From: Armatimonadota bacterium
Lineage (GTDB): Bacteria > Armatimonadota > UBA10988
DNA length: 64,000 bases
Direction of reading: 5' to 3'
NCBI GenBank assembly: GCA_016235455.1
Contig: JACRKZ010000021.1
Coordinates: forward strand, 1 to 64,000
The translations under genes were made by a program, and so were the position numbers. The notes below the pieces were generated by a model. That model worked only from the letters and a program-made list of their open reading frames with translations, was not told the DNA's origin and did not search any database. Positions 1 through 8,856 of the stretch are shown piece by piece; position 1 is the stretch's first letter, and each line of letters starts with the position of its first letter.

Positions 1-41
1 ACGAGAAGCACGACCTCGTGCGCATCGCCTGGCCGCGCTGA
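1..41 (+). CDS. possible 3' end of an upstream gene (…EKHDLVRIAWPR*), partial
   Basis: Open frame with GC3-rich codons ending TGA at 39-41, convergent with the next gene; too short to identify. Confidence 0.3.
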   Translation, partial: EKHDLVRIAWPR

Positions 42-47
42 CCCGCC

Positions 48-1925
48 CTACCCCACCGGCACGGGCTTGGTCTCCAAGATGAAGCGCAGGCGCTCGGGCG
101 CCGAGGTCTCGTGCATGCGCGCGACCGCGCCAGGCCGGAGCACCAGGCGCACGCGGAAGCCGCCCTTGGCGTTGGTCAGCGGCTCGACGGTCACGCCCAC
201 GACATGCGGGTGCTTGGGCACCTCCCAGGCCGCGGGCTTGGCCAGCCCCTTGACGCCGGGGAAGTCGATGGCCAGCCCGTCGGGCAGCGCGGTGAGCAGC
301 GACGGCCGGCTGGGCGAGACCACCACGCTGAAGGCCTGGTGACCGTTGTTGAGCTGCGCCAGCACCACGTGCAGACCGGCATCGCGGCCCAGCGGCAGCT
401 TCTGCTGCCAGAGGATCTTGTCCAGCACGAAGGTCAGCGTCGACGTCGAGACATCGTTGGGCGACGGCGCCGGCTTGGCGCCCACCTCGACCTTGGCGGT
501 CTGGCCGGCGGCCAGCACCAGTCGGCGCGCCGTGGGCTCGCCCTTGGCCGGTACCACGACCACCTCATGCTCGCCCGGCGGCACGTTGCTCAGCTCGATG
601 GGCGTGACGCCCATGTCCTTGCCGTTGAGCAGCACCTTGGCGCCCGGCGGCTCCGACGTGACCCGGATGACGCCGGCCAACGCCTCCAGCGTGGCCTTCA
701 GGTTCATCGCCTGGGCCATGGTGACCTTGGTCGACCAGGGCCGGTAGCCCGCGCGGCGCACGGCCACCTCGACGTCGCCGCTGAGGCCCGGCACGTCCAG
801 CGGCGTGCGGCCCTTGACCTCGCCGTTGATGACCACCTCGGCCTCGGCCGGCTCGGACTCGACGCGCAGCGTGGCGGCCGTCTGCACCGCCGTCGGCGCG
901 ACGGGCTGAGAGAGTTGCAGGGGTACGGTGAAGAGCCCAGCGCCCCGGTCGACCGCGGTCACCACGCGCCGCCAGGGCAGGGCCAGCGGATGGCTGGCAC
1001 CGATTTCGCGGTCGCCCGCGGGCAGCATGAGGCGGGTCGGCGTGAGGCCGCGCACCTCGCTGTCGACGGTGACCAGCGCACCCCAGGGCCGGCTGGTGAC
1101 GACCAGCGGCGAGCCCTCGCCGCGCGGCAGCGCGCCGTCGGCCGGCAGCAGGCGCAGCCGGGCGCCCGGCGCGAGCGGAATGCGATCGCCCACCGTGAGC
1201 GCGACGATGTCGCCCTCGGCCGCGCCGAGCACGGCGCGGCCCAGCGGCTGACCTTCGGCCACGAAACGCTCAGCCGTGGTCTCGCTGACCAGCGACGGGC
1301 CGAGCCGTTCGGCGTCGTAACCAGCGGCGTTGGCCGGCAGCGGGCCATCGACGCGACAGCGAATCTCCTGGCGCGGCGCGCTGGCCCGCACGTCGAGCAC
1401 TTCAGCGGTGGGATAGGCCGCCAGCCGCAGCCAGCGCGCCCACAAGCCGGCCACCGACCGCTCGAAGGCGGTGGTCAAGCCCGATTCATCAAGCGTGGCA
1501 CGCAGCGTGGGCGGCAGGTCGATCTCGTTGCGGCGCGCGTCGAACGCGGCCAGCCCGGCGATGAGCACTCGCGCCGGCGCCAGTTCCTCGGCCAAGGTGA
1601 TGATCAGCACCACATCGGCCTCGGTGGCGACAGCGACGCGCCGGCCCAACTCACCCGCACACAGCCCGCGGGCCACGCCGGCCAGCTCGGCGGTGGGTCG
1701 CACCTGGCTGACGGCGGCGCTGCCCGACTGCCCAAGCAACTCGACCACGGAGGCGCCGAGCGTTTCGGAAAGCTGGGTCAGGTCGCCCTCGCGAGCCGGG
1801 GCCACATAGACCGCCACCTTGCGGATGGGCGGCAGACCGGCGGCGCGAAGCGGCGACAGCCCGCCACACAGCGCCACGAACGCCAGCCCTACGCAGAGCC
1901 GAGCCAGCTTGGCCAAGGCCATCAT
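48..1925 (-). CDS. secreted PEGA-domain protein
   Basis: N-terminal signal peptide; three PEGA-like repeats (VTSRPWGALVTVD..GLTP, VESEPAEAEVVING..GRTP, VTSEPPGAKVLLNG..GVTP). Confidence 0.8.
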   Translation of the reverse strand: MMALAKLARLCVGLAFVALCGGLSPLRAAGLPPIRKVAVYVAPAREGDLTQLSETLGASVVELLGQSGSAAVSQVRPTAELAGVARGLCAGELGRRVAVATEADVVLIITLAEELAPARVLIAGLAAFDARRNEIDLPPTLRATLDESGLTTAFERSVAGLWARWLRLAAYPTAEVLDVRASAPRQEIRCRVDGPLPANAAGYDAERLGPSLVSETTAERFVAEGQPLGRAVLGAAEGDIVALTVGDRIPLAPGARLRLLPADGALPRGEGSPLVVTSRPWGALVTVDSEVRGLTPTRLMLPAGDREIGASHPLALPWRRVVTAVDRGAGLFTVPLQLSQPVAPTAVQTAATLRVESEPAEAEVVINGEVKGRTPLDVPGLSGDVEVAVRRAGYRPWSTKVTMAQAMNLKATLEALAGVIRVTSEPPGAKVLLNGKDMGVTPIELSNVPPGEHEVVVVPAKGEPTARRLVLAAGQTAKVEVGAKPAPSPNDVSTSTLTFVLDKILWQQKLPLGRDAGLHVVLAQLNNGHQAFSVVVSPSRPSLLTALPDGLAIDFPGVKGLAKPAAWEVPKHPHVVGVTVEPLTNAKGGFRVRLVLRPGAVARMHETSAPERLRFILETKPVPVG

Positions 1926-1948
1926 CAACGTCGCCTTCCCCGGCCCGA

Positions 1949-3415
1949 TCAGTGCTTGATGGGTGCCGCCACGTTGACCGGCACGGATTCGTTGACCAGA
2001 CCGCAGGTCACCTGCACCAGGCCCGCCAGGGCGCCGGGCTTCGGTGACAGCTTGACCTCGGCCAGCCCGCCCTTGGTCTGCACCAGGGCGCGCACGCCGG
2101 GCGGCACAGCGCCGTCGATGGCCCAGCCGTCGGGCGCCGCCACGAGCACGGGCGTGCCGTCGGCCACATGCTGGCGCCAGGCGTCGATGACCTCGATGCC
2201 CAGTGTGATGCTCTCGCTCGGATCGACCGCGCGCACCGACGGGCTCAGCGCCACGTGGCGCGGGAAGCCCGGCAGATGGAAGCGACGCACGACCGCCGAG
2301 CGCCGCTCACCCGAGGGCGACACGGCCGTGACGGCCAACTCGTAGGGACCCGGCTCCAGCGGCCCGGCATCGACCACCGAGGTGGCGCGCGGCACGGCGA
2401 AGGTGCCGGTCACGGACTGCGTGCCGGTCACCGGCTGGCTGCGCCCGTTGAGCGTGGCGGTAACCGTGACGCCGGCCTCGTGGGTCAGAGCCAGGTCGAC
2501 CGACTTGGTGCTCTGCCAGCCCTCGGCCGGCGAGGCGACCTCCAGCAGGGGATTGCTGATGCGGCCCCAGATGGTGACCGGCGTGGTGCGCTGGTTGCCC
2601 AGGTCGTCGGTCAGCGTCATCGTGTAGCGGTTGATGCCGTCGACCACGGGAATGGTGGTCAGATCGAAGAAGCCTTGTGCATTGGCCACGGCGGAGATGG
2701 CGGGGCCACCCTCTTGGGTCAGCTTGATGGTCGCGCCGGGCTCACTGCGCCCGCCGATGGCGAACGGATTGCGCTCGACGTACTCGATGGGACCTGGCGT
2801 GACCAACTGCAGCAGCGGCGCCTCGCGGTCGATCTCGAGCCGGCGCAGGCCAGCGCCACCGGGCTCCAGGTTGAGCGAGACCACCCAGCCGCCGTCGGCC
2901 AGGTCGAGCGGCAGCCGCCACTGGCCATCGAGCCCGGCCTTGGCCGAGCCGACGAGCACCTCGCCGCGCATCACCGTGACCTGGGAGTCGGGGCTGGCCG
3001 TGCCGACAATCTCCACGCTCGGCCCGCCGGCCAGCAGGGCATCGGGGTTGGCCGAACGCACGGCCCCACCGGCCGACTCCGGCGCGGTCACCTGGCGCTC
3101 GATGGCCGTCTGGCGGCCGGCCGCGTCGACGGCGGTCAGCGCGATCTGATTGGCGCCGGCGCGCAGCGTCACGTCGGCAAACTGGAAGACGCCCTTGTCG
3201 TCGGCCTTGGCGGTGCGCGTGTCACCGTTGATCTTGAGCGTGACCACGGCGCCCGGCGCGGTGGCGCCGCGCAGTACGATGCGCGCGCCCGCGGCAGCCT
3301 GCGCCAGAGGCTGATCCTGCAGGGTCAACGGCGGGGTCACCGGGGCTTCGCCCGCGGCCCAGACCACCGTCGCCCCTAGCAACGCCACACCTGCCCATCG
3401 TCGTGCGATACCCAC
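1949..3415 (-). CDS. secreted protein with bacterial Ig-like repeats
   Basis: Signal peptide; repeated GxTxPGAxV…ADxxGxF…GxNxIxLTAxDxxGN beta-sandwich motifs; C-terminal Big_1-like DAWRQHVADGTPV. Confidence 0.75.
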   Translation of the reverse strand: MGIARRWAGVALLGATVVWAAGEAPVTPPLTLQDQPLAQAAAGARIVLRGATAPGAVVTLKINGDTRTAKADDKGVFQFADVTLRAGANQIALTAVDAAGRQTAIERQVTAPESAGGAVRSANPDALLAGGPSVEIVGTASPDSQVTVMRGEVLVGSAKAGLDGQWRLPLDLADGGWVVSLNLEPGGAGLRRLEIDREAPLLQLVTPGPIEYVERNPFAIGGRSEPGATIKLTQEGGPAISAVANAQGFFDLTTIPVVDGINRYTMTLTDDLGNQRTTPVTIWGRISNPLLEVASPAEGWQSTKSVDLALTHEAGVTVTATLNGRSQPVTGTQSVTGTFAVPRATSVVDAGPLEPGPYELAVTAVSPSGERRSAVVRRFHLPGFPRHVALSPSVRAVDPSESITLGIEVIDAWRQHVADGTPVLVAAPDGWAIDGAVPPGVRALVQTKGGLAEVKLSPKPGALAGLVQVTCGLVNESVPVNVAAPIKH

Positions 3416-3440
3416 CTGCCGTCTCCCTGTACTGTTGGGA

Positions 3441-4691
3441 TTACGACGCGATTCTAGGTCCCCGGGTCGCTGCCGTCAAGGCGACCTCAAGCCCAGCGGC
3501 CAGGTCCTCGAGCGTTTCCGCCGGCAGGAGGTGGTCGATGGCCGGCGAGTAGGCCCGCAGAGCGGAGTCAGCCGTGTACCAGCGGCCGGCGCGCTCGGGG
3601 TTGAGCCAGACCACGCGCGCACAGCGCCGGGCGATGTCCTCCAGCGCCCAGACACCGGGATCGAACCGGTTGCACCGCGCATCGCCCAGCACCACCAGGC
3701 AGGTGCGCGGGCCCAACAGGTCGGCGTGGTCGCTCAGCAGTTTGGCGAAGACGTGGCCGAAATCGCTCAGCGCCTGGCGGTCGAGGCCGGCCAGGTCGTC
3801 CAGCGCGGCCAGCGCGTCGTCGAAGTCGGCACAGCGAAACAGCGGCGTCGCGTCCACCGGCCGGTCAACGAAGACGAAGCCCGCCGGCCGGTCCGAGATG
3901 CGGCCCAGTTGGTGCACCATGCGCAGCAGCAGTTCCGAACTGCGGCGTACGCTGCCGCTTACGTCGCACAGCAGCAGCAGGCGGGGCCGCGCGATGCGCC
4001 GCCGCCGCCGCACCAGCCGCCAGGGCACGCCGCCGGTGCGCGCGGCGCGCGCCACGGTGGCGCGCAGGTCGACCCTCCCGTGCTCGGCATGGCGCCAGCG
4101 GCGCGAGTAGCGCGTGCGCAGCAGCCGGCCCAGTCGTTCCGCCTCACGTGCCAGGGCCGCCTCGTCCACCGGGTCGGGCCGCTGCCAGAGCGGCCGCCGG
4201 CCGAGGCGCCGACCCTCGGCTTCACGCAGTTCAGCGGCCGACCGCGCCACCGCCTGCTGGCGTTGCGCCTCGTCGACCGGCTCGAGGGCCGCGGCGGTGG
4301 GGCTGGGCCGGTCGGCTTCGCTCGGCTTGGGCTCGGCCGCGGGCTTGCCCTGCGCGGCCGGTGTCTGCCCGGCGCGCTGACCGCGGCCCGCCGGCCGCTG
4401 GCCGGGACGCTGCCCGGCCTGCCGTTTGGCCGAGCCACGGCCCTCGCCAGGCCAAGGCACACTGAAGAACGCGTCGAAAAGTCGGTCGAAGGCGGTACAA
4501 TGCTGGGGCGATTTGGACAGGCAGGCCCGCAACGCGAGCCGGAACCGGTCTCGGTCGTCGATGCCTGCCGCGCGCACCGCGGCCGCCGCGTCGATCAATT
4601 CCGCCGGTGAAACCGGCAGGCCGGCTTTACGCAGCGCATGAGCGAATTCGAGCAATCTATCGGTCAAAACGGGCCATCCGGCGGCGAGCAT
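3441..4691 (-). CDS. CoxE-like VWA domain protein (start may be TTG 4667)
   Basis: N-terminal FAHALRKAGLPVS motif typical of the CoxE family; MIDAS DVSGS; GDAR and WLNPE motifs. Confidence 0.85.
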   Translation of the reverse strand: MLAAGWPVLTDRLLEFAHALRKAGLPVSPAELIDAAAAVRAAGIDDRDRFRLALRACLSKSPQHCTAFDRLFDAFFSVPWPGEGRGSAKRQAGQRPGQRPAGRGQRAGQTPAAQGKPAAEPKPSEADRPSPTAAALEPVDEAQRQQAVARSAAELREAEGRRLGRRPLWQRPDPVDEAALAREAERLGRLLRTRYSRRWRHAEHGRVDLRATVARAARTGGVPWRLVRRRRRIARPRLLLLCDVSGSVRRSSELLLRMVHQLGRISDRPAGFVFVDRPVDATPLFRCADFDDALAALDDLAGLDRQALSDFGHVFAKLLSDHADLLGPRTCLVVLGDARCNRFDPGVWALEDIARRCARVVWLNPERAGRWYTADSALRAYSPAIDHLLPAETLEDLAAGLEVALTAATRGPRIAS

Positions 4692-5633
4692 GACTCGCGG
4701 CGGGCGCCCGCGTCAAGGTCCAGCCACCTGGGCCGCGCGCTGCTGCGCTGGTTCGTGGCCTATGTGGTCTGGTTCCTGTTCCAACTGCTGTGGCACTTCC
4801 CGGCACTGGATCGCATCACCGCGACCATCGTCCTGTTCCTCGTGCGCCTGCTCAACCCCAGCCTGCACCACCGCATGTTGGACAACCTGCGCCTCGTCTA
4901 CGGCCGGCAGATGACCCCCGAGCAGCGTCGTCAACTGGCCGAGCGGGTCTGGGCCAATGAGTCCGCCACCTTCATCGAGTTCATCCACGGCCGCCGCCTG
5001 TCGCCCCACGAGGTGCGGCGGGTGACGGTCTTCCGGGGCCTGCGCCGCCTGGGCCAGGCCACCGCCGGCGGTCACGGCGTCATTGTGCTCACCGGCCACT
5101 TCGGCAACTTCGAGTGGCTGGGCATGGCCCTGGCCTCGTTTGGCCTGCCCGCGGCGGCCATCGCCCGCGCCAACCGCAGCGTGGCCGAGCAGGTGGTGGC
5201 CGAAGTACGCGAGACCCACGGCCTGGAGATCGTCTACGACACCGACTGGCGGCGCGCCATCTCGCTGCTGAAGCAGGGCGTCAGCGTGGGTATCGTCGCC
5301 GACCAGGCCGTCCGCCGGGGCGGCATCATGGCCGAGTTCCTGGGTCAGCAGGCTACCACGCCGCTGGGACCGTTCATCCTGGCACGCTTTGGCAATGCGC
5401 CGCTGATACCCGTGTTCATCACGCGCGACGCCAATGGCCGCCACATCATCGAGGCCCATCCGGCGCTGGAGATGCCCCGTACCCGTGACCGCGATGCCGA
5501 CTTCCGCGCCGCCGCGCAGACCATGAACGACCACTTCTCGGCGCAGATCCACTCCCGTCCCGAGCAGTGGCACTGGCTGCACCGACGCTTCAAGCCGCCC
5601 CTCAGCCTGCACGGCGAGAAGGGCGACTTGTAG
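4638..5633 (+). CDS. lipid A lauroyl/lysophospholipid acyltransferase (LpxL/HtrB family); start uncertain
   Basis: HFGNFE, ADQ, FLG and PEQWHWLHRRFK motifs. Confidence 0.85.
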   Translation: MSEFEQSIGQNGPSGGEHDSRRAPASRSSHLGRALLRWFVAYVVWFLFQLLWHFPALDRITATIVLFLVRLLNPSLHHRMLDNLRLVYGRQMTPEQRRQLAERVWANESATFIEFIHGRRLSPHEVRRVTVFRGLRRLGQATAGGHGVIVLTGHFGNFEWLGMALASFGLPAAAIARANRSVAEQVVAEVRETHGLEIVYDTDWRRAISLLKQGVSVGIVADQAVRRGGIMAEFLGQQATTPLGPFILARFGNAPLIPVFITRDANGRHIIEAHPALEMPRTRDRDADFRAAAQTMNDHFSAQIHSRPEQWHWLHRRFKPPLSLHGEKGDL

Positions 5634-5650
5634 CGTCAGCACTCACCGCG

Positions 5651-8600
5651 TCAGACCTCGGCGTCCGCGGCCCGGCGCGACTCGAAGGTGCGGTAGAGCA
5701 CCGGCAGCACGAACAGCGTGAGCAGCGTGCAGGTGACTAGCCCGCCGATGACGACGGTCGCCAGTGGTCGCTGCACTTCCGCCCCCGCGGTGTGCGAGAA
5801 GGCCATCGGGAAGAACCCGATCATGTCGCACAGCGCCGTCATCAGGATCGGTCGCAAGCGCACGTCGGCACCGCGCCGCAGCACCTGCTCGATGGGCTCA
5901 CCGGCCCCGCGCAGGCTGTTGAAGTAGGCCACCATCACCACGCCGTTGAGCACCGCGATGCCGGCCAGCACGATGAACCCGACCCCGGCCGAGATGGAGA
6001 ACGGCAGGCCCCGCAGCCACAGCGCCATGATGCCGCCCGAGATGGCGAACGGCACGTTGGTGTAGATCAGCAACGCGCTCCGCAGCGAGCCGAAGGTCAG
6101 GTAGAGCAGCACCAGGATGAGCGCCAGGGCCATGGGCACCACCAGCAGCAGGCGCTCGCGGGCACGGCGCAGATTCTCGAACTGGCCGCCCCAGTCCAGG
6201 CTGTAGCCCGGCGGCAGCTTCACGCCAGCATCGATGCGGCGCTGCGCCTCGGCCACGAACGAGCCGATATCGCGGCCGCGCACGTTCAGTTCCACCACCT
6301 TCCGGCGCGAGGCGCCTTCGCGGCTGATCTGAGCCGGGCCTTCGGTCAGGTCCAGCCGCGCCACTTCCCGCAGCGGCACGCGTTCGCCGGTGCGTGACTG
6401 CAGCAGCAGGTTGCCGATGGCTTCCGGCGTAGCCCGGTCCTCCGGCCTGAGGCGTGCCACGATGCGGTAGCGGGCATCGCCTTCGAGCACCTCGCCGGCG
6501 TCGGCGCCACCGATGCCGATGGCGATCAGATCGCGCACGTCCTCGACATTGAGGCCGTGGCGCGAAAGCCTGGCGCGGTCCATCTCGATGTTGAGCTGCG
6601 GCAAGCCCTCGGTCTGCTCCACCTGCACGTCAGCCGCGCCTCGCGTGGCCTTGAGCAGACCCTCGATCTGCTCGGCCAGCCGGTCGAGCTCGTCGAACTC
6701 GGGACCGAACACCTTGACCGCCACGTCGCTGCGCACACCCGACACCAGCTCGTTGACGCGCAACTCGATCGGCTGGCCGTAGCCCACGCTGATGCCGGGC
6801 AAGGTGTTCAGCCGCCGCTCGATCTCGGCGCGAATGCCCTCCTTGGTCATGCCCGCCCGCCAGGTCTCGGGCGGCTGAAGGGTGACGAAGGTGTCCGTGA
6901 TTTCCGGGCCGGCCGGGTCCACCGCGATTTCGGCGCGGCCCGCCCGGCCCACCACCGAGCGTACCTCGGGAATGCCCTTCATCAGCCGCTCGGCCACCAG
7001 ATCCACGGCGACCGACTGGGTCAGCGACGTCGAGGGCAGCTTGACGATCTGTAGCGCCAGCGAGCCCTCGTCGAGCCGCGGGATGAACACACTGCCCAGG
7101 CGACCGAACAGCACCAGGCTGACCAGCAGCACGGCCACGGCGGCCACCAACACGGGCGCCGGCCGACGCAGGGCAGAGTCCAGTGCCGGCCGGTAGATGC
7201 GGCGCAGGAAGCCCATGAGGCGCGTGTCCTCGGCCGCCGGGTCCTCGCCGTCGTGCGCGGTGGGCGACGGCTTGAGCACGTAGGAGGCGAGCACCGGCAC
7301 CACCGTCAGCGCGACCAGCAGGGCCCCGACCAGCGCGAAGCAGACGGTCAGCGCCAGTGGTCGGAAGAGCTTGCCCTCCATGCCCTGCAAGGTCAGGATG
7401 GGCAGGTAGACGATGAGGATGATGAGCATCCCGAAGCCCACCGGCCGCGCCACCTCCAACGAGGATTCCAGCACGGTCTGCAGGCGGTTCCGGCCAGGAC
7501 GCTGCGCCATGAGGCGCATCGCGTTCTCGACCATGACCACGCCGCCGTCGATCAGGATGCCGAAGTCGATGGCGCCCAGGCTCATCAGGTTGCCGCTGAG
7601 CCGGGCCTGCATCATCAGCAGCACGGCCACGACCATGGCCAGCGGCATGACCGTGGCGATGACCAGCGAGCCGCGCAGGTTGCCCAGCAGCAGGTACAGC
7701 ACGATGATCACCAGCAGGCCGCCCTCGATCAGGTTGCGTAGCGCGGTCCACACGGTGCGATCGACCAGCTCCTGGCGGTCGTAATACGGATCGATGATCA
7801 CCCCGGCGGGCAGCGACTTCTGGACCTTGGGCAGCGCGTCCTTGATGGCGGTCACCGTGGTCCGCGCGTTGGCGTCCTTGAGCATCATGACGATGCCGGC
7901 CACCTGCTCGCCCTCGCCGTCGCGCGTGGTGGCACCCATGCGCACTTCGCCCTCGAACACGACCTCGGCCACCTCGCTCACGCGCAGCGGCGTGCCGTGC
8001 GCTGCTTTGAGCACGATGTTCTCAATATCCGCCACGTTGCGCACCAGGCCGATGCCGCGGACCAGGGCATACTCGCCGGTCCGTTCGATGAACGCGCCGC
8101 CGGCATTGCCGTTGTTGCGCTCGATGGCCTCGACCACATCGACCGCCGTCAGATCGTGGGCCAGCAGCCGGCGCGGGTCCATCCACACCTGGTACTGGCG
8201 CACCTCGCCGCCGAAGGCATTGACCTCGGCCACGCCCGGCACGCGCAGCAACTGCCGCCGCACAATCCAGTCCTGGACCGAGCGCAAGGCCTGCAGTTCG
8301 GCGCGCGCCAGCGTCGCCGGGTCGTCCGGCTGGCTGGCGTCGTAGCCCGGCACATGCTGCTGCACGGCGCGGATCATGTCGGCCGGCGGCACCTGCGGAT
8401 CGCGCCGCAGGGTGTACTGATAGACCTCGCCCAGCCCGGTGGACACTGGGCCCATGGTCGGGTTCAGGCCCATCTGCTGGGGCAGCTCGTCGCGCGCCGC
8501 CTGCAGCCGCTCGCCCACCAACTGGCGGGCGAAGAAGATGCTCACGCGGTCGTCGAAGACCACGGTGATCTGCGACAGACCGTACTTGCTCAGCGAGCGC

Positions 8601-8845
8601 ACTTCCTCCACTTCGGGCAGACCGGACAGCGCCGTTTCCAGCGGCACGGTAACCAGCTTCTCCACCTCGACCGGCGCGGTGCCGGGCACCTCGGTGTTGA
8701 TCTGCACCTGCACATTGGTGACATCCGGCACGGCGTCCAGCGGCAGCCGGCGTACAGCCCAGCCACCCGCCAGCAGCAGGAGCACCGCCACGACCAGAAC
8801 CACTCCCCGGTTGGCCAGGGAGAGGCGTACCACTCGTTCCATCAT
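5651..8845 (-). CDS. czcA: CzcA/CusA family heavy-metal RND efflux transporter
   Basis: LDAVPDVTNVQVQINT, SLGAIDFGILIDG, RLRPILMTA and EVQRPLATVVIGGL; 1064 aa. Confidence 0.95.
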   Translation of the reverse strand: MMERVVRLSLANRGVVLVVAVLLLLAGGWAVRRLPLDAVPDVTNVQVQINTEVPGTAPVEVEKLVTVPLETALSGLPEVEEVRSLSKYGLSQITVVFDDRVSIFFARQLVGERLQAARDELPQQMGLNPTMGPVSTGLGEVYQYTLRRDPQVPPADMIRAVQQHVPGYDASQPDDPATLARAELQALRSVQDWIVRRQLLRVPGVAEVNAFGGEVRQYQVWMDPRRLLAHDLTAVDVVEAIERNNGNAGGAFIERTGEYALVRGIGLVRNVADIENIVLKAAHGTPLRVSEVAEVVFEGEVRMGATTRDGEGEQVAGIVMMLKDANARTTVTAIKDALPKVQKSLPAGVIIDPYYDRQELVDRTVWTALRNLIEGGLLVIIVLYLLLGNLRGSLVIATVMPLAMVVAVLLMMQARLSGNLMSLGAIDFGILIDGGVVMVENAMRLMAQRPGRNRLQTVLESSLEVARPVGFGMLIILIVYLPILTLQGMEGKLFRPLALTVCFALVGALLVALTVVPVLASYVLKPSPTAHDGEDPAAEDTRLMGFLRRIYRPALDSALRRPAPVLVAAVAVLLVSLVLFGRLGSVFIPRLDEGSLALQIVKLPSTSLTQSVAVDLVAERLMKGIPEVRSVVGRAGRAEIAVDPAGPEITDTFVTLQPPETWRAGMTKEGIRAEIERRLNTLPGISVGYGQPIELRVNELVSGVRSDVAVKVFGPEFDELDRLAEQIEGLLKATRGAADVQVEQTEGLPQLNIEMDRARLSRHGLNVEDVRDLIAIGIGGADAGEVLEGDARYRIVARLRPEDRATPEAIGNLLLQSRTGERVPLREVARLDLTEGPAQISREGASRRKVVELNVRGRDIGSFVAEAQRRIDAGVKLPPGYSLDWGGQFENLRRARERLLLVVPMALALILVLLYLTFGSLRSALLIYTNVPFAISGGIMALWLRGLPFSISAGVGFIVLAGIAVLNGVVMVAYFNSLRGAGEPIEQVLRRGADVRLRPILMTALCDMIGFFPMAFSHTAGAEVQRPLATVVIGGLVTCTLLTLFVLPVLYRTFESRRAADAEV

Positions 8846-8856
8846 GGTCGGTTCAC

